A stretch of 64,000 bases of DNA from the human T2T-CHM13v2.0 reference genome, Homo sapiens. How positions within the stretch are numbered: the first letter of the stretch is position 1; every line of letters starts with the position of its first letter. This document shows positions 23,396-37,100 of this stretch, piece after piece. Location of the stretch: the NCBI RefSeq assembly GCF_009914755.1, contig NC_060929.1; one strand, written 5' to 3'. The position numbers were made by a program, and so were the translations under genes. The notes beneath the pieces are model-generated. The model made no database searches, was not told the DNA's origin, and was given only the letters and a program-made list of their open reading frames with translations.

Positions 23396-26300
23396 GTGAG
23401 TAAATCATGATGGATAGGCCCCAAATCTCATATTCCCCAGAGTAGTTTAAGGAGGAGAAATTTTCAAACATAGAGAAGATTCTTCATAAGAATAGTATAA
23501 ATCCCTTTTCTCAGGGAGCTTGTTATACGTACAGTGTCCTGTTAGTCCTGCAAGTGGGCTTCTGGATTGTTGGTGGCACCCTTAGTTTCTGTCCAACTCT
23601 AGAACATTATAGGCCATCGGGAGAGTTCAAGGTACTCTTACTTCTCATCCCCAAGTAGTGGTGGGGATTGGAATTCTCAGCGTGGTGCATGGGTTTTTAC
23701 ATTTCAGGCTTCTACCTGATGTCTACTGACTTCCTCTGTATCTTTCAATCTTATCTAGAAAGGAGGTTCTTCTCCACAAATTAAGGAGACCCCCTCAGGC
23801 CCTTCCTCTGCACGCAGTACAAGATTCCACCCAGGACCTCTCCCTAGAAGATGTACCTCTTTGTCTTTTCACCTTCGGTCTTCAAACATGGAGCAGATGC
23901 AATAAGATTTGAAAAAAGAAACCTGGACCTGTAGCTCTGTGCCTTAGCAAAATGGTCCTGTGTTCAAGAGCAAAAATTTCTGTAAGCAAGACCTATAGAA
24001 TGAAGACTTCTGCCCTGTCTGTGGTTAGTGCAAGTTTCACACCAGGAAAATGAAGTTACCCTTACAAAGTTACCCTTACGATGACAACATATGATCCAGG
24101 ACAGGTTGACTAGAGCAGGGAGTTTTCCATGGGAGAGGTTGGAGCTAGAGTTCAGCATGGTTTCTGTGTGAATGTGTGTTTCTATATGTGTGCAGGGGCA
24201 GATGTACTTGAAGGTGCATCTGAATCTGTGTTACAATAATAGATAAATTATTGAGAACTTGAAATCTTAGGCCATTGTCAAAAATTACTTCAAAAATAGC
24301 ATCTTAAGAAAGCAAGATTGGTATACACAAGGAAGCAGGGAATGAGATGAAAGACAATAATTAGCTTAAGAGGGCATATCTTTACATCTGGAGAATTCTC
24401 TAATTTCAAAACTGAAAATACAATTGAAACCAAATACTGTGAGTAGTGTTCTATAGGAAAATTAGCAGAATCTTCACTATGGTGATAAAATTCTTCAGGC
24501 CAAGGAAGCAGTCACCTTAAAATTGGTAGGGTAAATCTGAGAGGTCTTTGACTTTCTGCGTTGAGCTTTTTGTGGCTCCACAGCATCCAAGCATGAGGTG
24601 CTTTTGCTCATGCCATGTTGAGATAGTGTCAGGTCACCATGGAATAGTGCATTGGAGGAGGTGGGTTCCAGGAAGACTCTGGAAGACAGATGTCCAGTAA
24701 CATTAGTCTGTCTCATCTTTTGTGTGTGAGAGGATGAAACTCCAATCTTATTTAACCACTTTTTAACCAGTGAACTTTAACAAAAATTCACAAAATAATT
24801 AGGGGAGAAAAAAACATACATGGTAAAGGATACAAGGAGAAGATTCACAACAAATTCACAACAGCAAGAAGACAGAAGTAGTAGTATAAACTAGTTTCAT
24901 TTTCAAATTTTCTAACAAGCAAATAAGTATATATAGAAGTGATAAGATAAATCAAATGTTAACTACATAGATACTATAAGCACGTAAATTAGAGCTTGCA
25001 ATAAATATTAAATTGTAAGGCGTTTATATCATGTAATATACATTATACTATTATAATGATATACATGTGATAGATTTTAGCAATTGGATTGTCAAGCTTT
25101 ATAAAATTTTGTTCAAAATCTGTGTTGACTAACTTATTAGGTCCTCAGCAATTCTATAATTTACTTGCTTTTGGAAAGAAAACTGAATAGACCATCTGAA
25201 GTCCAATTTGATGATAAAATCAAATCATTGCAAAATTATCGATTCAACAATTAAGAAATAATCTAATACATTTCAAAATTATACTTATATGGCTCTACCT
25301 AACTGGCTGTACAAAAATATACAGTCATATTTAGAAATAATATCCATTATAAAACATAAATTAGGGATCTATGATCAAGCAACAAGCATATAATCTCTGA
25401 ATTTAAAATTGAAGGCATATTATTGAGGATAGACAGACTTGGTTTTTCTGGAATGGGAGTAGATAATTTTAATGTCCAAATCCCTACCCTATTTCTATGT
25501 TGCAACTGATGCCACAAAAAGGAAATCTTGTCAGTATATCATACCAATGGAGCCAACACAGTTGATACTATGAGTGCACTGATTAATAGATTTTAATACT
25601 TATTGCTATACATGAATTTAAATTTTATTCTTAAGAAGAGCATGAAGATTTAGCCTGACCTACCATCACCTAGGAAGGCATTATTGCTAAAAAGAAATAA
25701 TGTGAACTTTATATTATGGATTTTCAAACATGCTAAAACATTACCTTAAATTAATATGAACATCTTTCTGTTTTTCAAGATCCAAAAGCAAAGTATTTTA
25801 TTATCAATAAAATACTTTGTTTTTGTAGTAAAAAATAACATTTTATTCTTTTAGTCAGCAATTCTCAAGATAAACATTATATATTTGATTTTGTTTTTCA
25901 TTTAAATATTTGCAAGCTCACAGAAAATAAACCTAATTTCTGGGTAAATGTAAATTTTTCTTCCTCAAAAATTACATTATGTGGAGATAGACTCAGTAAT
26001 CAGATAGCCGCAAGCCCCTGACCATGAATAATCATAGCACCTCACTTTTACCTCTCTTGAAAATTAAAAAAAAAATAACTCCACCTATGTATAGTTACCT
26101 TATTTTGGGGGCTTCTACCTCTGTTAGTGGCAATATAATGAATTATTTGGATAGTGTTGCCTTACATTTCATTTTGTAAATGAAACACTGATACAACATT
26201 TTATACAGTTTTCTGACAGAGGTAAATTGCAATTAAAAAATGAAGCTTTTATTACAGTGACAATTTTTCACACTGATGGAATTAAGTGTGTGCCAACATT

Positions 26301-27690
26301 ACAATTAAATTTCTTATTTTCAGGAATTTCAAATCAATACATTAAATATGACTTATTCTAGCACTTGGCAAATAATATTTTAGGCAATAAAGAAATTAAT
26401 CAGAATAGTTTTACAAAGACATTGAAGAAGTAGGATTAGAGACTCAAATAATGGAATGGAAAATGTGTACAGCAGTTCTAAAGTAATTTATATGTGCATA
26501 TAATTTAAAATGAAGTAACATGTGCTTAATAAAATCATCATGCACCCTTAGACCTATGTCCTAAAGCTATTCAAAAGTGTAATAAAGCAAAAGCCAAAGC
26601 AACATTTCATGTATAATAGCCTAGAAAATTAAAAATGTATTCCTTTATTAAATAAGCAAGTAATGTAGATATATTTATACAAAATAATAATGATTTCAGT
26701 TTTATTATCTAGAGATTTCTGAATCTGATTCTTGTCCCTAAAATTCCAGTGACCACAGATGTATCTATATAGAGCTAAAAGTATAATATTATCTTTTAAA
26801 ACTATTAAGGAAAAATACTTTAAATAAAGATAACTATACAGTCTGGAGAAAAATAAAAACAAAAACCTGAATGTAGTGTAGGATGAAGAAATGCAGTCAG
26901 ATTCTAAAAGGAAGTGAACATTTGCAAGAACAGAATGGCAGAAGCTAAATTTCTTGTCTTTAGCATCTTATAGCTGGAAGGCATGCTGCAGTTCACCATA
27001 TACAGCAGCTAAAACTCTGATAGAATGCCCACAAAAGAAGCCAAAGGGAGAGATAGGGACAACCACAGATGCTGCAAAATGTGTGTAAGTATCTAGGAGG
27101 GCTGTACCATGGGAAAGAGAGTCAGAGACAGATAGACATGTGTTCTACTCATAAACCCTGCAACAGCCTCTGGCTCATCCCTGAGCCACTTATGCATAGG
27201 ACAAAGTCAAAGGAGCTCAGTATAGGATAAAATGCCTCAACTCTAAGATTCTATCCAAGAGATAGCATTTCCAGATTAAACCCAGCTGACTTATTTGTTG
27301 CTGAAACAAGCAAACAAATGAGAATCTCAACACTATCTAGTGGACTACAACAGAATTCAAATAGCACATAGCGTAGCATTCACAAAGCATAGGATACAAT
27401 TTAAAATTACCAGACTTGGAAGAAACAGAGAAATGTGTCACTTTCTCAAGAGAAAGGCAGCAGATAATAACTCTGAAATAACTGAGATGTTGGATGTATC
27501 ACACTAAGATTTTTTTTACGCATGAATTTTCATTATGTTTAATGTAAAGAAAGAATGTTTGCTATAAATGAAAAGTTAAAAGAATATCCATAGGAGATTG
27601 GAACAAATAAACACAAATGAAAAGAAAATTCTGGAATAGTGGAAATATATCTGAAATAAAAAATGCATTGATGGATAGCACAGCGAGGAT

Positions 27691-28455
27691 TGTAATAGCT
27701 TGCTATGGCTGTCGTAGTAAAGTGTCACGATGTTGGTGGCTTACACAACAGAAATTTTTTTTCTTACAGTTCTGAAGCCCAGAAATCCACGATTAAGGGT
27801 TGTCAGGTATAGTTCCTTCTGAAGGGTATGAGGAAGAATTTGTTTCATGCCTCTTCCTTAGTGTCTTAGTCAGCTTGGGCTACATTAACAAATTACCATA
27901 GACTGGGTGGCTTAAACAACACATGTATTTCTCACAGTCTGGAAGCTGGGAAGTCCAAGATCAATGTGCTGGCATATTGTATCCTCACATAATAGTGAGC
28001 AGAGAGATGAAGCAAACTCTCTCAGGCCTTTCCTTCTAAGAGCACTAATCCTATTCCTAGGGCCTCACCCTCATGATCTAATTACCTCCCAAAGTCCCTA
28101 CCTCTAAATGCTGTCACATGGAGGATAGTCTTTAACATATGAATTTTAGGGGGATAAAAACATTTGGTTCATAGCACCTTGCTTCTGGGAGTTGCTGGCA
28201 ATGCTTGACATTCCTTAGCTTGAGAAAACATTTTCCCAATCTCTGCTTAATTCCATATGCCATTCTTCTCCTGTGTGTCTGTGTCCAAAATCTCCCTTTA
28301 TATAAGAACACTAATCATATTGGAGTAAAGTCCAAGAGAATGACCTCATTTTACATTAACTAATTACCTCTGCAGTGACCCTATTCCCAAATAAGGTTCT
28401 TAGATGCTAGGGTTTAGTACATATAAATTTCAGGGGAAACAATTCAAAAAGAACA
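27691..28455 (-). mobile_element. MLT1C LTR, interrupted by MLT1A0
   Basis: 'gtggcttacacaacagaaattt..cttacagttctg.ag.ccagaaatcc', 'gcttctgg.agttgctggcaat.cttg.cattcctt.gcttg', 'ctctgcagtgaccctatt.ccaaataaggt'. Confidence 0.85.
27862..28176 (-). mobile_element. MLT1A0 LTR nested in MLT1C
   Basis: 'tgtcttagtcagcttgggct...ccatagactgggtggcttaaacaac' ... 'acatttggttcatagca'; degenerate 5-bp TSD cttag / ccttg. Confidence 0.88.
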
Positions 28456-29378
28456 AATTAATTAAAAAAGAATTAATTTATCTTTATGTTACTCAATAAC
28501 AAAAAGAAATTAATGAAAATTTTCTGGAAAAATAGACAAAATGATTTAAAAAAAGAATACACAAAAGAACATCCCCTCATGAAATCTTTGGGGAGTATTC
28601 AAAGATCTAACAAGAATGTAACAAGAATCCACAGGAGAGAAGAGAAAAAGCAAATGTGGCTTTAAACAAAGGATTTGAAGAAATCGTGACTGATAATTTC
28701 ACAAAAATGGTGTGGGGCAAGAATTTACGGTTTTATGAATAAGAGTGCACCACAAGAAAAATAAAGTCAAATTAAGGTAGGCAAGATGATAAAAAACAAA
28801 GATGTAAAATTTTGAAAGTAGCCAGATTAAAAGAGCACATTACTGAAGAACAAGAAATTGAATAACTGATGACTTCTAATCATAAACAGTAATGCCATTG
28901 ACCAATATTTTTAACATGTGAAAAGAAAAAAATTACCAATAGAGAATTCTATATCCAATAAAAACACCTTTCAATAATAAAAGTGGAATGAAAATATATA
29001 TCCTCATATGTAATCATATTATAAAACATAAGAAAATTCTAATATACTTCCAGAATGTGCTATAATATTGTCATATTTCATATAGGTAGCAGGAATTACA
29101 TTACTATGAACACTAAAGATCCAAATAAAATAATTAACAAACTGTTCTTTACAATTGCACATTAAACACTTATAAAAATTGAGATTGAGAACCATGTTGA
29201 ATACAAATTGCAAAGGATGATCATAATTCAATGTTCCCCAGCCACATTGAATTAAGCTGTACATTAATAACACAGGTTTAACTAAAAGCATCATTACATA
29301 GACATTATAATATATTTATAAATAATCTATATGTCTTAAAAGAATGCAAAAGAGAAAGAAAATATTTCAAAATGAATA

Positions 29379-31258
29379 AAAACATACCACATTTTATTGT
29401 GTTTCACTTTACTATGCTTCACAGATATTACATTTTTTACAAATTCAAAGTTTGTGGCAATCCTGCATCAAGCAAGTCTATCAGTGCCATTTTTTTTTCA
29501 ACAGCCTGTGAAGGTAGCTACACTAAAAAGCAGATTTTCAATGTAGACACAACAGCCTTCTATTGGGAGAAGATACCATCTAGAAATTTCATAGCTTGAG
29601 AGAAGAAATGAATGCCTGGCTTCAAAGGACAGGCTAATTCTCTTGTTAGGGGCTAATGCAGCTGGTGACTTTAAGTTGAAGTCAAATCTCATTTATCGTT
29701 CTGAAAATTCTAGGACCCTTAACAAGTATGCTAGTTATCTGCCTGTGATTTATAAATGGAACAACAAAGTCTGAATGAGAGGACATCTGTACAGCAATGC
29801 TTACTGAATATTTTAAACCGTGTTGAGACCTACTGTTCAGAGAAAAAAAGATTTCTTCACTATATTACTTCTCATTGAAAATGCAACTGGTCATCCAAGA
29901 GCTCTGATGGAGATTTACGAAGAGAATAATGTGTTTTCATGTCTGTTAACACAACATCCATTCCGCAGCCCATGGGTCAAGGTGTCATTTCAACTTTCAA
30001 GTCTCATTATTTAAGATACACATTTTGTAAGGCTATAGGTGCCATATATAGTGATTCTTCTGATGGATCTGTGCAAAGGAAATGGAAAATCTTCTGTAAA
30101 AGATTCAACATTCTAGATGCCATTAAGAACATTCATGATTCATGGGAGGTCAAATTTCAACATTAACAGGAGCTTGCGAAAAATTCACTCTAACCCTCAT
30201 GAATGATTTTGAGGGGTTTAAGACTTTAGTGGAGAAAGTAAGTTACAGATGTGGTGAAAATAGCAAGAGAACTAGAATTAAAAGGGGAACCTAAGGATGT
30301 TACTGAATTGCTTCAGTCTCATGATAAAAATTGTATGGATGATGAGTTGTTTCTCATGGATGAGAAAAGAAAGAGATTTTCTGAGGTAAAGTCCACTCCT
30401 GCTGAAGACGCTTTGTATGTTTTTGAAATGACAACAGATGAATTGGAATATTACATAAACTTGTTTGATAAACCAGCAGGATTTGAGAGTATTGACTCCA
30501 ATTTTAAATGAGGTTCTACTGTGGGTAAAATGCTATCAAACCGCAATATATGCTACACAGAAACTTTTCATGAAAAGAGTCAATCAATGTGGCAAATTTT
30601 ATTGGCATCTTATTTTAAGAAATCGACACAGCAGACCGGGCGTGGTAGCTCACGCCTGTAATCACAGAACTTTGGGAGGCCGAGGCTGGAGGATCACCTG
30701 AGGTCAGGGATTTGAGACCAGCCTGGCCAACGTGGTGAAATTCCCTCTCTACTAAAAATTCAAAAAAGTAGCCGGGCATGGTGGCGTGTGCCTGTAGTCT
30801 CACCTACTGAGGAGGCTGAGGCACAAGAATCCCTTGAACCCAGGAGGTAACAGTTAAAGTGAGCCAAGATTGTGACACTGCACTCCAGCGTGGGTGACAG
30901 AGTGAAACTCCATCTCAAAAAAGAAAAAAATAAATCGACACAGCTACCCCAACCTTCAGCAATCACCACCCCGATTAGTCAGCAGCCATCAACATTAGAC
31001 AAGATCCTCTACCAGCAAAAAGATTATGACTTGCTGAAGGCTCAGATCATTAGCATTTTTAGCAACAATGTATTTTTCAATTAAGGTACATACAGGTTTT
31101 TAAATATAATGCTATCGTATGCTAAGTAGACTACAGTATAGTGTAAACTTACCTTTCATATGAATGGAGAAATAAAAGTTGTGTGACTGGCTTTATTTCA
31201 GTATTTGCTTTGTTGTGGTAGTCTGGACTAAACCTGCAATATCTCCGAGGTTTGCCTG
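29379..31258 (+). mobile_element. Tigger1 (TcMar-Tigger) with internal deletion; transposase remnant
   Basis: TA flanks (29377-29378, 31259-31260); right end 'gcaatatctccgaggtttgcctg'; peptides 'EGSYTKKQIFNVDTTAFYWEKIPSRNFIA', 'LLLIENATGHPRAL', '[23 protein letters not shown]', 'IARELEL..EPKDVTELLQSHDK' match the Tigger1 DDE transposase. Confidence 0.95.
30634..30931 (+). mobile_element. AluSx-like insertion in Tigger1
   Basis: 'ggatcacctgaggtcagg'; TSD aaatcgacacagc at 30620-30632 and 30932-30944. Confidence 0.95.
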
Positions 31259-31899
31259 TAATAGTGAAAGTACAACCATATATTAAAATTTGTAGGATAT
31301 ATTAAAATCTGTTAAGTTATGCTTGTAGAGAAATTCATAGGCATAATACATAGAATCTCATATGTATATATAACACATTTATTTTGGACAAATAGGTAAG
31401 AAAAAAATAAAAATACAAATCCAATAATCTTACATTAGTAAAATGGAATAATAAAATCAAATTCAAACTATGGTGCTAGAAAAAGTAATTACTATAAAAG
31501 GAATACTATTAATAAAAAATACCAATTTTTGGCTTACTTATTTATCATCATTTCCTTACCCTTTTCATTTTCCCCTACCCATGCTCATCTTCCCTTTCAC
31601 CTCTGTTACCTGCCAGAACAGAGATGTTCAAGGAGGCAGAGCAGTGAGTAGGTGAGGGTGCCATGTACAGGCATTGGCTTGCCTGGGTGCCTAGGACATA
31701 AAGTGGGGACGGGAGACAACACGGTTATCTCAGACAAAGGAGATATCTGAGTAATTGAAGACTCCATTGCAGTGAGCAAACAAATTACGTGATTTAAGAT
31801 GATTATCTATCAATCAAGCAATCCTCTCTCTTTCTCTCTCTATTCACCTATCTACTTATCTATCATCTATCTATTTTCCCACAGTCCTTTCAGAGAAAG

Positions 31900-32500
31900 C
31901 GTTTACACATGAAAAGTCCAAAGACTGGAAAGTACTCTCAGATGTTCTGTTAGAACTGCAGTAGGTATTATCTTTACAAATGTATCAGTAATAACTGTTA
32001 GGTATTTAAATAATTGTATATAAATAAAGATGCAGAAATATTTATGCATATAAAATACATACATATAAAATACATAATAGTTATACATCTTCGTCTCTGT
32101 GTATTTTCATTTCTATGTGATTATGCATACCTCCATACCCCTAGGTCTGTCCACAGGGAAAGCCAGGCAGATTGACGCCTTTAAGCAATAGGTGCAACAG
32201 AGGGTCCATAGCTTGCTCTCCAAATTCCAAATTCCTTGGGTCCAAATTATTTGGGTCAAGGGACCCAAGGCTTCTTGAAGGAATAGGTGAATCCAAGACT
32301 GAGGCACATGAATCCTAGACATCAGGTACATAATAAGTGGAAAACATTACGTTGGAAAGAAAGCAAATGCTCTAAAAATGATGTAAATAGGTTTTTGAAA
32401 ACGATACGAACAAACAAAAACTCAGAAAATAGTTTGACAGGGCTCTCACTGCCCAAATCTAGTACAAACTGAGCATAAACAAAATGAATGAATATAATTA
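31900..32500 (+). mobile_element. L1MC4/5-like 3' UTR fragment
   Basis: 'gacccaaggcttcttgaaggaataggtgaatccaagactgaggca' and 'gggctctcactgcccaaatctagtacaa.ctgagcat' resemble the L1MC4 3' UTR; left boundary uncertain. Confidence 0.6.
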
Positions 32501-32513
32501 ACAAAAAGGGAGA

Positions 32514-32806
<293 letters not shown>

Positions 32807-33509
32807 AAAAAGGGAGAAATTGCAGAAAAAACTTAATGAAATTCAACAATGATTCATTAAAAAATCTTCTAGCAAGTTAGTAATTTAAGGAATTCCTTTA
32901 ATCTGACAGAATATTAAAAATCTGAAGTTTATATCAATCTCAATTACAAATAACATTGAATGTTGTTTAATTATATTTTATTATAATCAGAGATCCTCAG
33001 TGTACCACAGTAGTATGAAAAAAAGGCTAATATAGTAAAATCAAATTATTTTTACTGCATATAACATCAGAATAAACGGAGTACAGAAAGGCGACATATT
33101 CTTGATACATATATCTGAGAAAGGACTCTTATCCTGAACATGCAAGAGTACCTGCAACTAAAGAAAAAAGAGATAACCCGATGAAAAAATTAGAAAAATT
33201 CATGAACAGAGATGTTACAAAGGAGCTACACCAAGGACCAATAACATGAGAAAAGTTTCATAAAGTTATTGATTGGCAGAGAAATGCGATTTAAAACCAA
33301 ATTATGGCACCCTGTGGCTAAAATTATTTTTTAATTGAGTATTTGTGAAAATGTGGAGTAACAGGAAGTCTTCAATACACATTCAGCTGTCGGAATGCAG
33401 ATTGACAAAATCGATTTTTGCAGTATTTCCTGAAGTTGTGCATATGCGTTCATTACCACACAGGAATTCCACTCTGAATTACAGGTTCTTATATTTCCAC
33501 CAAAGATAG

Positions 33510-33860
<351 letters not shown>

Positions 33861-33909
33861 CAGGGATAGTTTTTAACACATACTTATATAATGATATTTA
33901 CAAGTCCAT

Positions 33910-33975
33910 ATATATTTTTATGTGTATGAGTGTGTGTGTATGGGTGTGTGTGTGCATGTGTATGGGTGTGTGTGT
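33910..33975. repeat. Imperfect (TG)n / (TA)n simple repeat
   Basis: 'tgtgtgtgtatgggtgtgtgtgtgcatgtgtatgggtgtgtgtgt'. Confidence 0.8.
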
Positions 33976-34098
33976 ACACAAATAAGACAATTTAAAATCA
34001 GTCCTCTATTATTTCTGATCTTTTGCTGTCATATATAATGCTCCAATCAGTGGTCTTTTATTAAAATACTATACCTGTCCTTAAATGAAAAGGTTAGA

Positions 34099-34365
34099 GA
34101 GATGCTTCTCAACTTACAATGGAACTGCACCTGGATAAACCCATTGTAAATTAAAGTTAAGTCAAAAATGCATTTAATACACCTAATCTACTAAACATTA
34201 CAGCCTAGTTTAGCCTATGTTAAATGTGCTCAGAACACTTACATTAGCCTATGGTATGGGCAAAATTATCTGGCAACACTCCACTGTCTGGAAGCTGGGG
34301 CCTACTGAATGCGTATGACTTTCACACCATTGCAAAGCTGAAAAACTATAATTGAGAACTGACTG
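34099..34365 (+). mobile_element. MER6-family (TcMar-Tigger) element
   Basis: 'agatgcttctcaacttacaatgg..gataaacccattgtaa', 'aaaatgcatttaatacacctaa', 'gtgctcagaacacttacattagccta', 'actgaatgcgtat.actttcacaccat'. Confidence 0.88.
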
Positions 34366-35549
34366 TGTGTGTATACATATATGTACGTATAATTTTTAGA
34401 TTTTGATAAAAATACATTTAAATTTTAGTCTTCTGAAGGATGAATAGAATCTGCTTGGATTTTATTGTATTACCAGTTTTTTAAAGGAGTTTTTTTGTTT
34501 TTTGTTTTTTTGTTTGTTTGTTTTTAGTGTGAGTATAGAAAAATATTATACTGTGATCTCACAGCAAACTATAATTTCCTGAAGGGTGAAGATGGTGCTA
34601 GGTCAAAAAATAGACAAAACAGGAAATAAAATGTGGTTTAGGTAAACCATATTATACAGTGAAATAAAACCATATCACCTGGCTTTTAATCACACTGTCC
34701 CCAGTTTACTTGTGTGAGTTTCTATTTATTCTTGGCCTAATTCCCCTTTTCTCTAAAATTAAAGGATGGACTCGTGAACTGTGAAATGTTCCAATAATAG
34801 TTCATCCAGAATGGTTTCTATTTTCTACCTATCATCGCAACATGTAGACAACACTGAAGAAAATCTGCTTTGATAGAAGGCAATATGGGCCAACCACAAA
34901 ACTTGCAGTGTTTGCTCCCATTGCATCCCCAGTGTCTGCAGACCCAGCTCTTTCTAGATGATCTCTGGTAAACAGCTAGAGTTTCCAAGGATGCAGTTTG
35001 AAAAGCCCTGCTCTAGAAAGTATATCACGAATGTTTTGAGATCTAAGAGGCTATGTTATTCTTCCCATAGCAAAACAATTTTTAAGATATTCTCTAATAG
35101 TTTGTCCTTCCACTTCTCAAGATAATTATTTGTGACCACCACAACTAAAGACTGAGTACATAAATGCTTGTTTTGAAGCTTATACCCAACTTAGTTTGCT
35201 ACATCTGACTTTGAGTGGTTTGAGAGTTCAAGAAGGCCTTGGGTTCAATTGCAATGACATTTTACTATCAAATATTCAAATGATGGTGTTTGCACTAAAA
35301 TTTTGTAGTTTCAGCTACAATCCCATGCAGTAGTCAGTTTTGCACGTTTAATTGAATACCTTGTATGAGTCATTTAGATGCAACTTCTTGCAAATAAGCT
35401 TTGATTTTTGAGTAAGAGAAGACTAAAATATATGTAAAGCACCATGGTAATGCATGGCAGAGAGAAATCAAGTGGAGACAGCTCTGTGATTGCACACCAA
35501 TGTTTTGATTTGTAGGAAAATAAATCAAAATATAAGAAAGCATAGTGTA

Positions 35550-35676
35550 TTAAATTTTCTACCTACCACCATATTTCATTATTATACATTGTTTTAATGT
35601 ATCAAAATATCACATGTACCTCCTAAATACACACAACTATTATGTACCAATAAAAATAATTGAACAAACAAACAAA
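35550..35676 (+). mobile_element. Short L1MA/PB 3'-end insertion
   Basis: 'cattattatacattg...tgtatcaaaatatcacatgtacc...aactattatgtacc.ataaaaat'; flanked by similar aaagcatagtgta / aaagatatagtgta. Confidence 0.75.
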
Positions 35677-37056
35677 AAAGATATAGTGTACTATAAATAC
35701 TTGTCATTTTATTAAAAACCTTTTCTGGTCGCCTAGGATGCTATTTGAAGTGCTCTTCACTCGGCTATAATACGAAGAAAGTGCACATTGATTTACATTC
35801 TTCCTGGCTATGCTCTATGGGTAATAATTTAGATAGTTATTATGTTCTTATATTCATAGAGTTTTATGATTTATAATTAGTGCATTTATTATACTCTCTT
35901 ACTTCATGGAAGGCAGTTAGATTCATTAGATCAAATAAAGTTATCCTTGTGAATCTAAGGGAAGACTAACTTTTCCCTACAGATCAAAACTGTATTTGTA
36001 AGTTTTAATCCAAATTGCATGTGATTATGGTACACATTTTACAATTTTAAATTCACTTTATATGGTTAAAATATACATATGGTAAAAATTGAAATGTTAG
36101 TAAAGAAAAATATATAGAGACAATAGTGAAAAAATTTCCTATTCCCCTAAATATTTATTTACATTATTCATAGTTGATGAAATACTGTTACAACATTTAC
36201 CCTTACCATATAAAATCTTGAGTCACATTGAATAGATTATAACTCAGATGAAATAGAAATAGTATTTTATTATAGTATTCTGTTACTAATAGTATTCTAT
36301 TAGTATAACTAATGATTATACTAACCTAGAAGCAACAATAAAATTGAATGGATCCTATACTAATTTCCAGATAATTATATCAAGTAAAATTTATAAATAA
36401 GACAAAGAGTATTTAAAATTCACAAAATAACAAATGCAAGGTATCAAGGACACAGTTCCAAATAATCAGGAATTAAAATTAATATTTTTAAATGAAATTA
36501 CTTGATCAACTTTATTTTGAATAAACAAGAGAAAACTTTTTTTGTACTGGTGAAATTCCTTTTCTGTATCCCAGGCCAATTTCTGTATTTCCTTTTTTCC
36601 TGAGAAGAACCACTGTTTTGAATTCACAATGTGCCATCAGAGCTATTTTATATTTTCACAAGTGTAGCCAAGATTTTGGGGAAAAAGCAAGCTACTATTC
36701 TGAGCAGTTTTCTGGTTAAGCATTAATACATTGGCAATATTAGGTTAAAATAAAATATTAAAATTTTATATTTTTATTGCTTGAATGTATGCATGCACAC
36801 ATGTATGTATATAATGTATACACACATATGTACATATATGTATAGCATATGTTATGCATTATGTTGATCAGTGTGCATAGATTTTATGTCTTTATACATA
36901 CATATAATCACTTAGGTGCATGGCACATAGACATATACAGAGCTCAATTTATTTTAGCTAGTATTATTTTGTCACACATGTTTAAATAGTGTAGCTTTTA
37001 AATAAACATGGCAGATGTTGATCTGAAACTTGATTTATTTTCTCCCTCTCGCTATT

Positions 37057-37100
37057 TCTCTCTCTCTCTCTCTCTCTCTTTGTTTGTCTCTCTCTTTCTT
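37057..37100. repeat. (CT)n microsatellite
   Basis: Run of 'tctctctctctctctctctctc'. Confidence 0.85.

Noticed and set aside
29372-30511. Transposase-like ORFs as a possible domesticated TIGD-type gene
   Set aside because: Broken into short frames, N-terminus deleted, catalytic motifs altered; an ordinary Tigger1 fossil.
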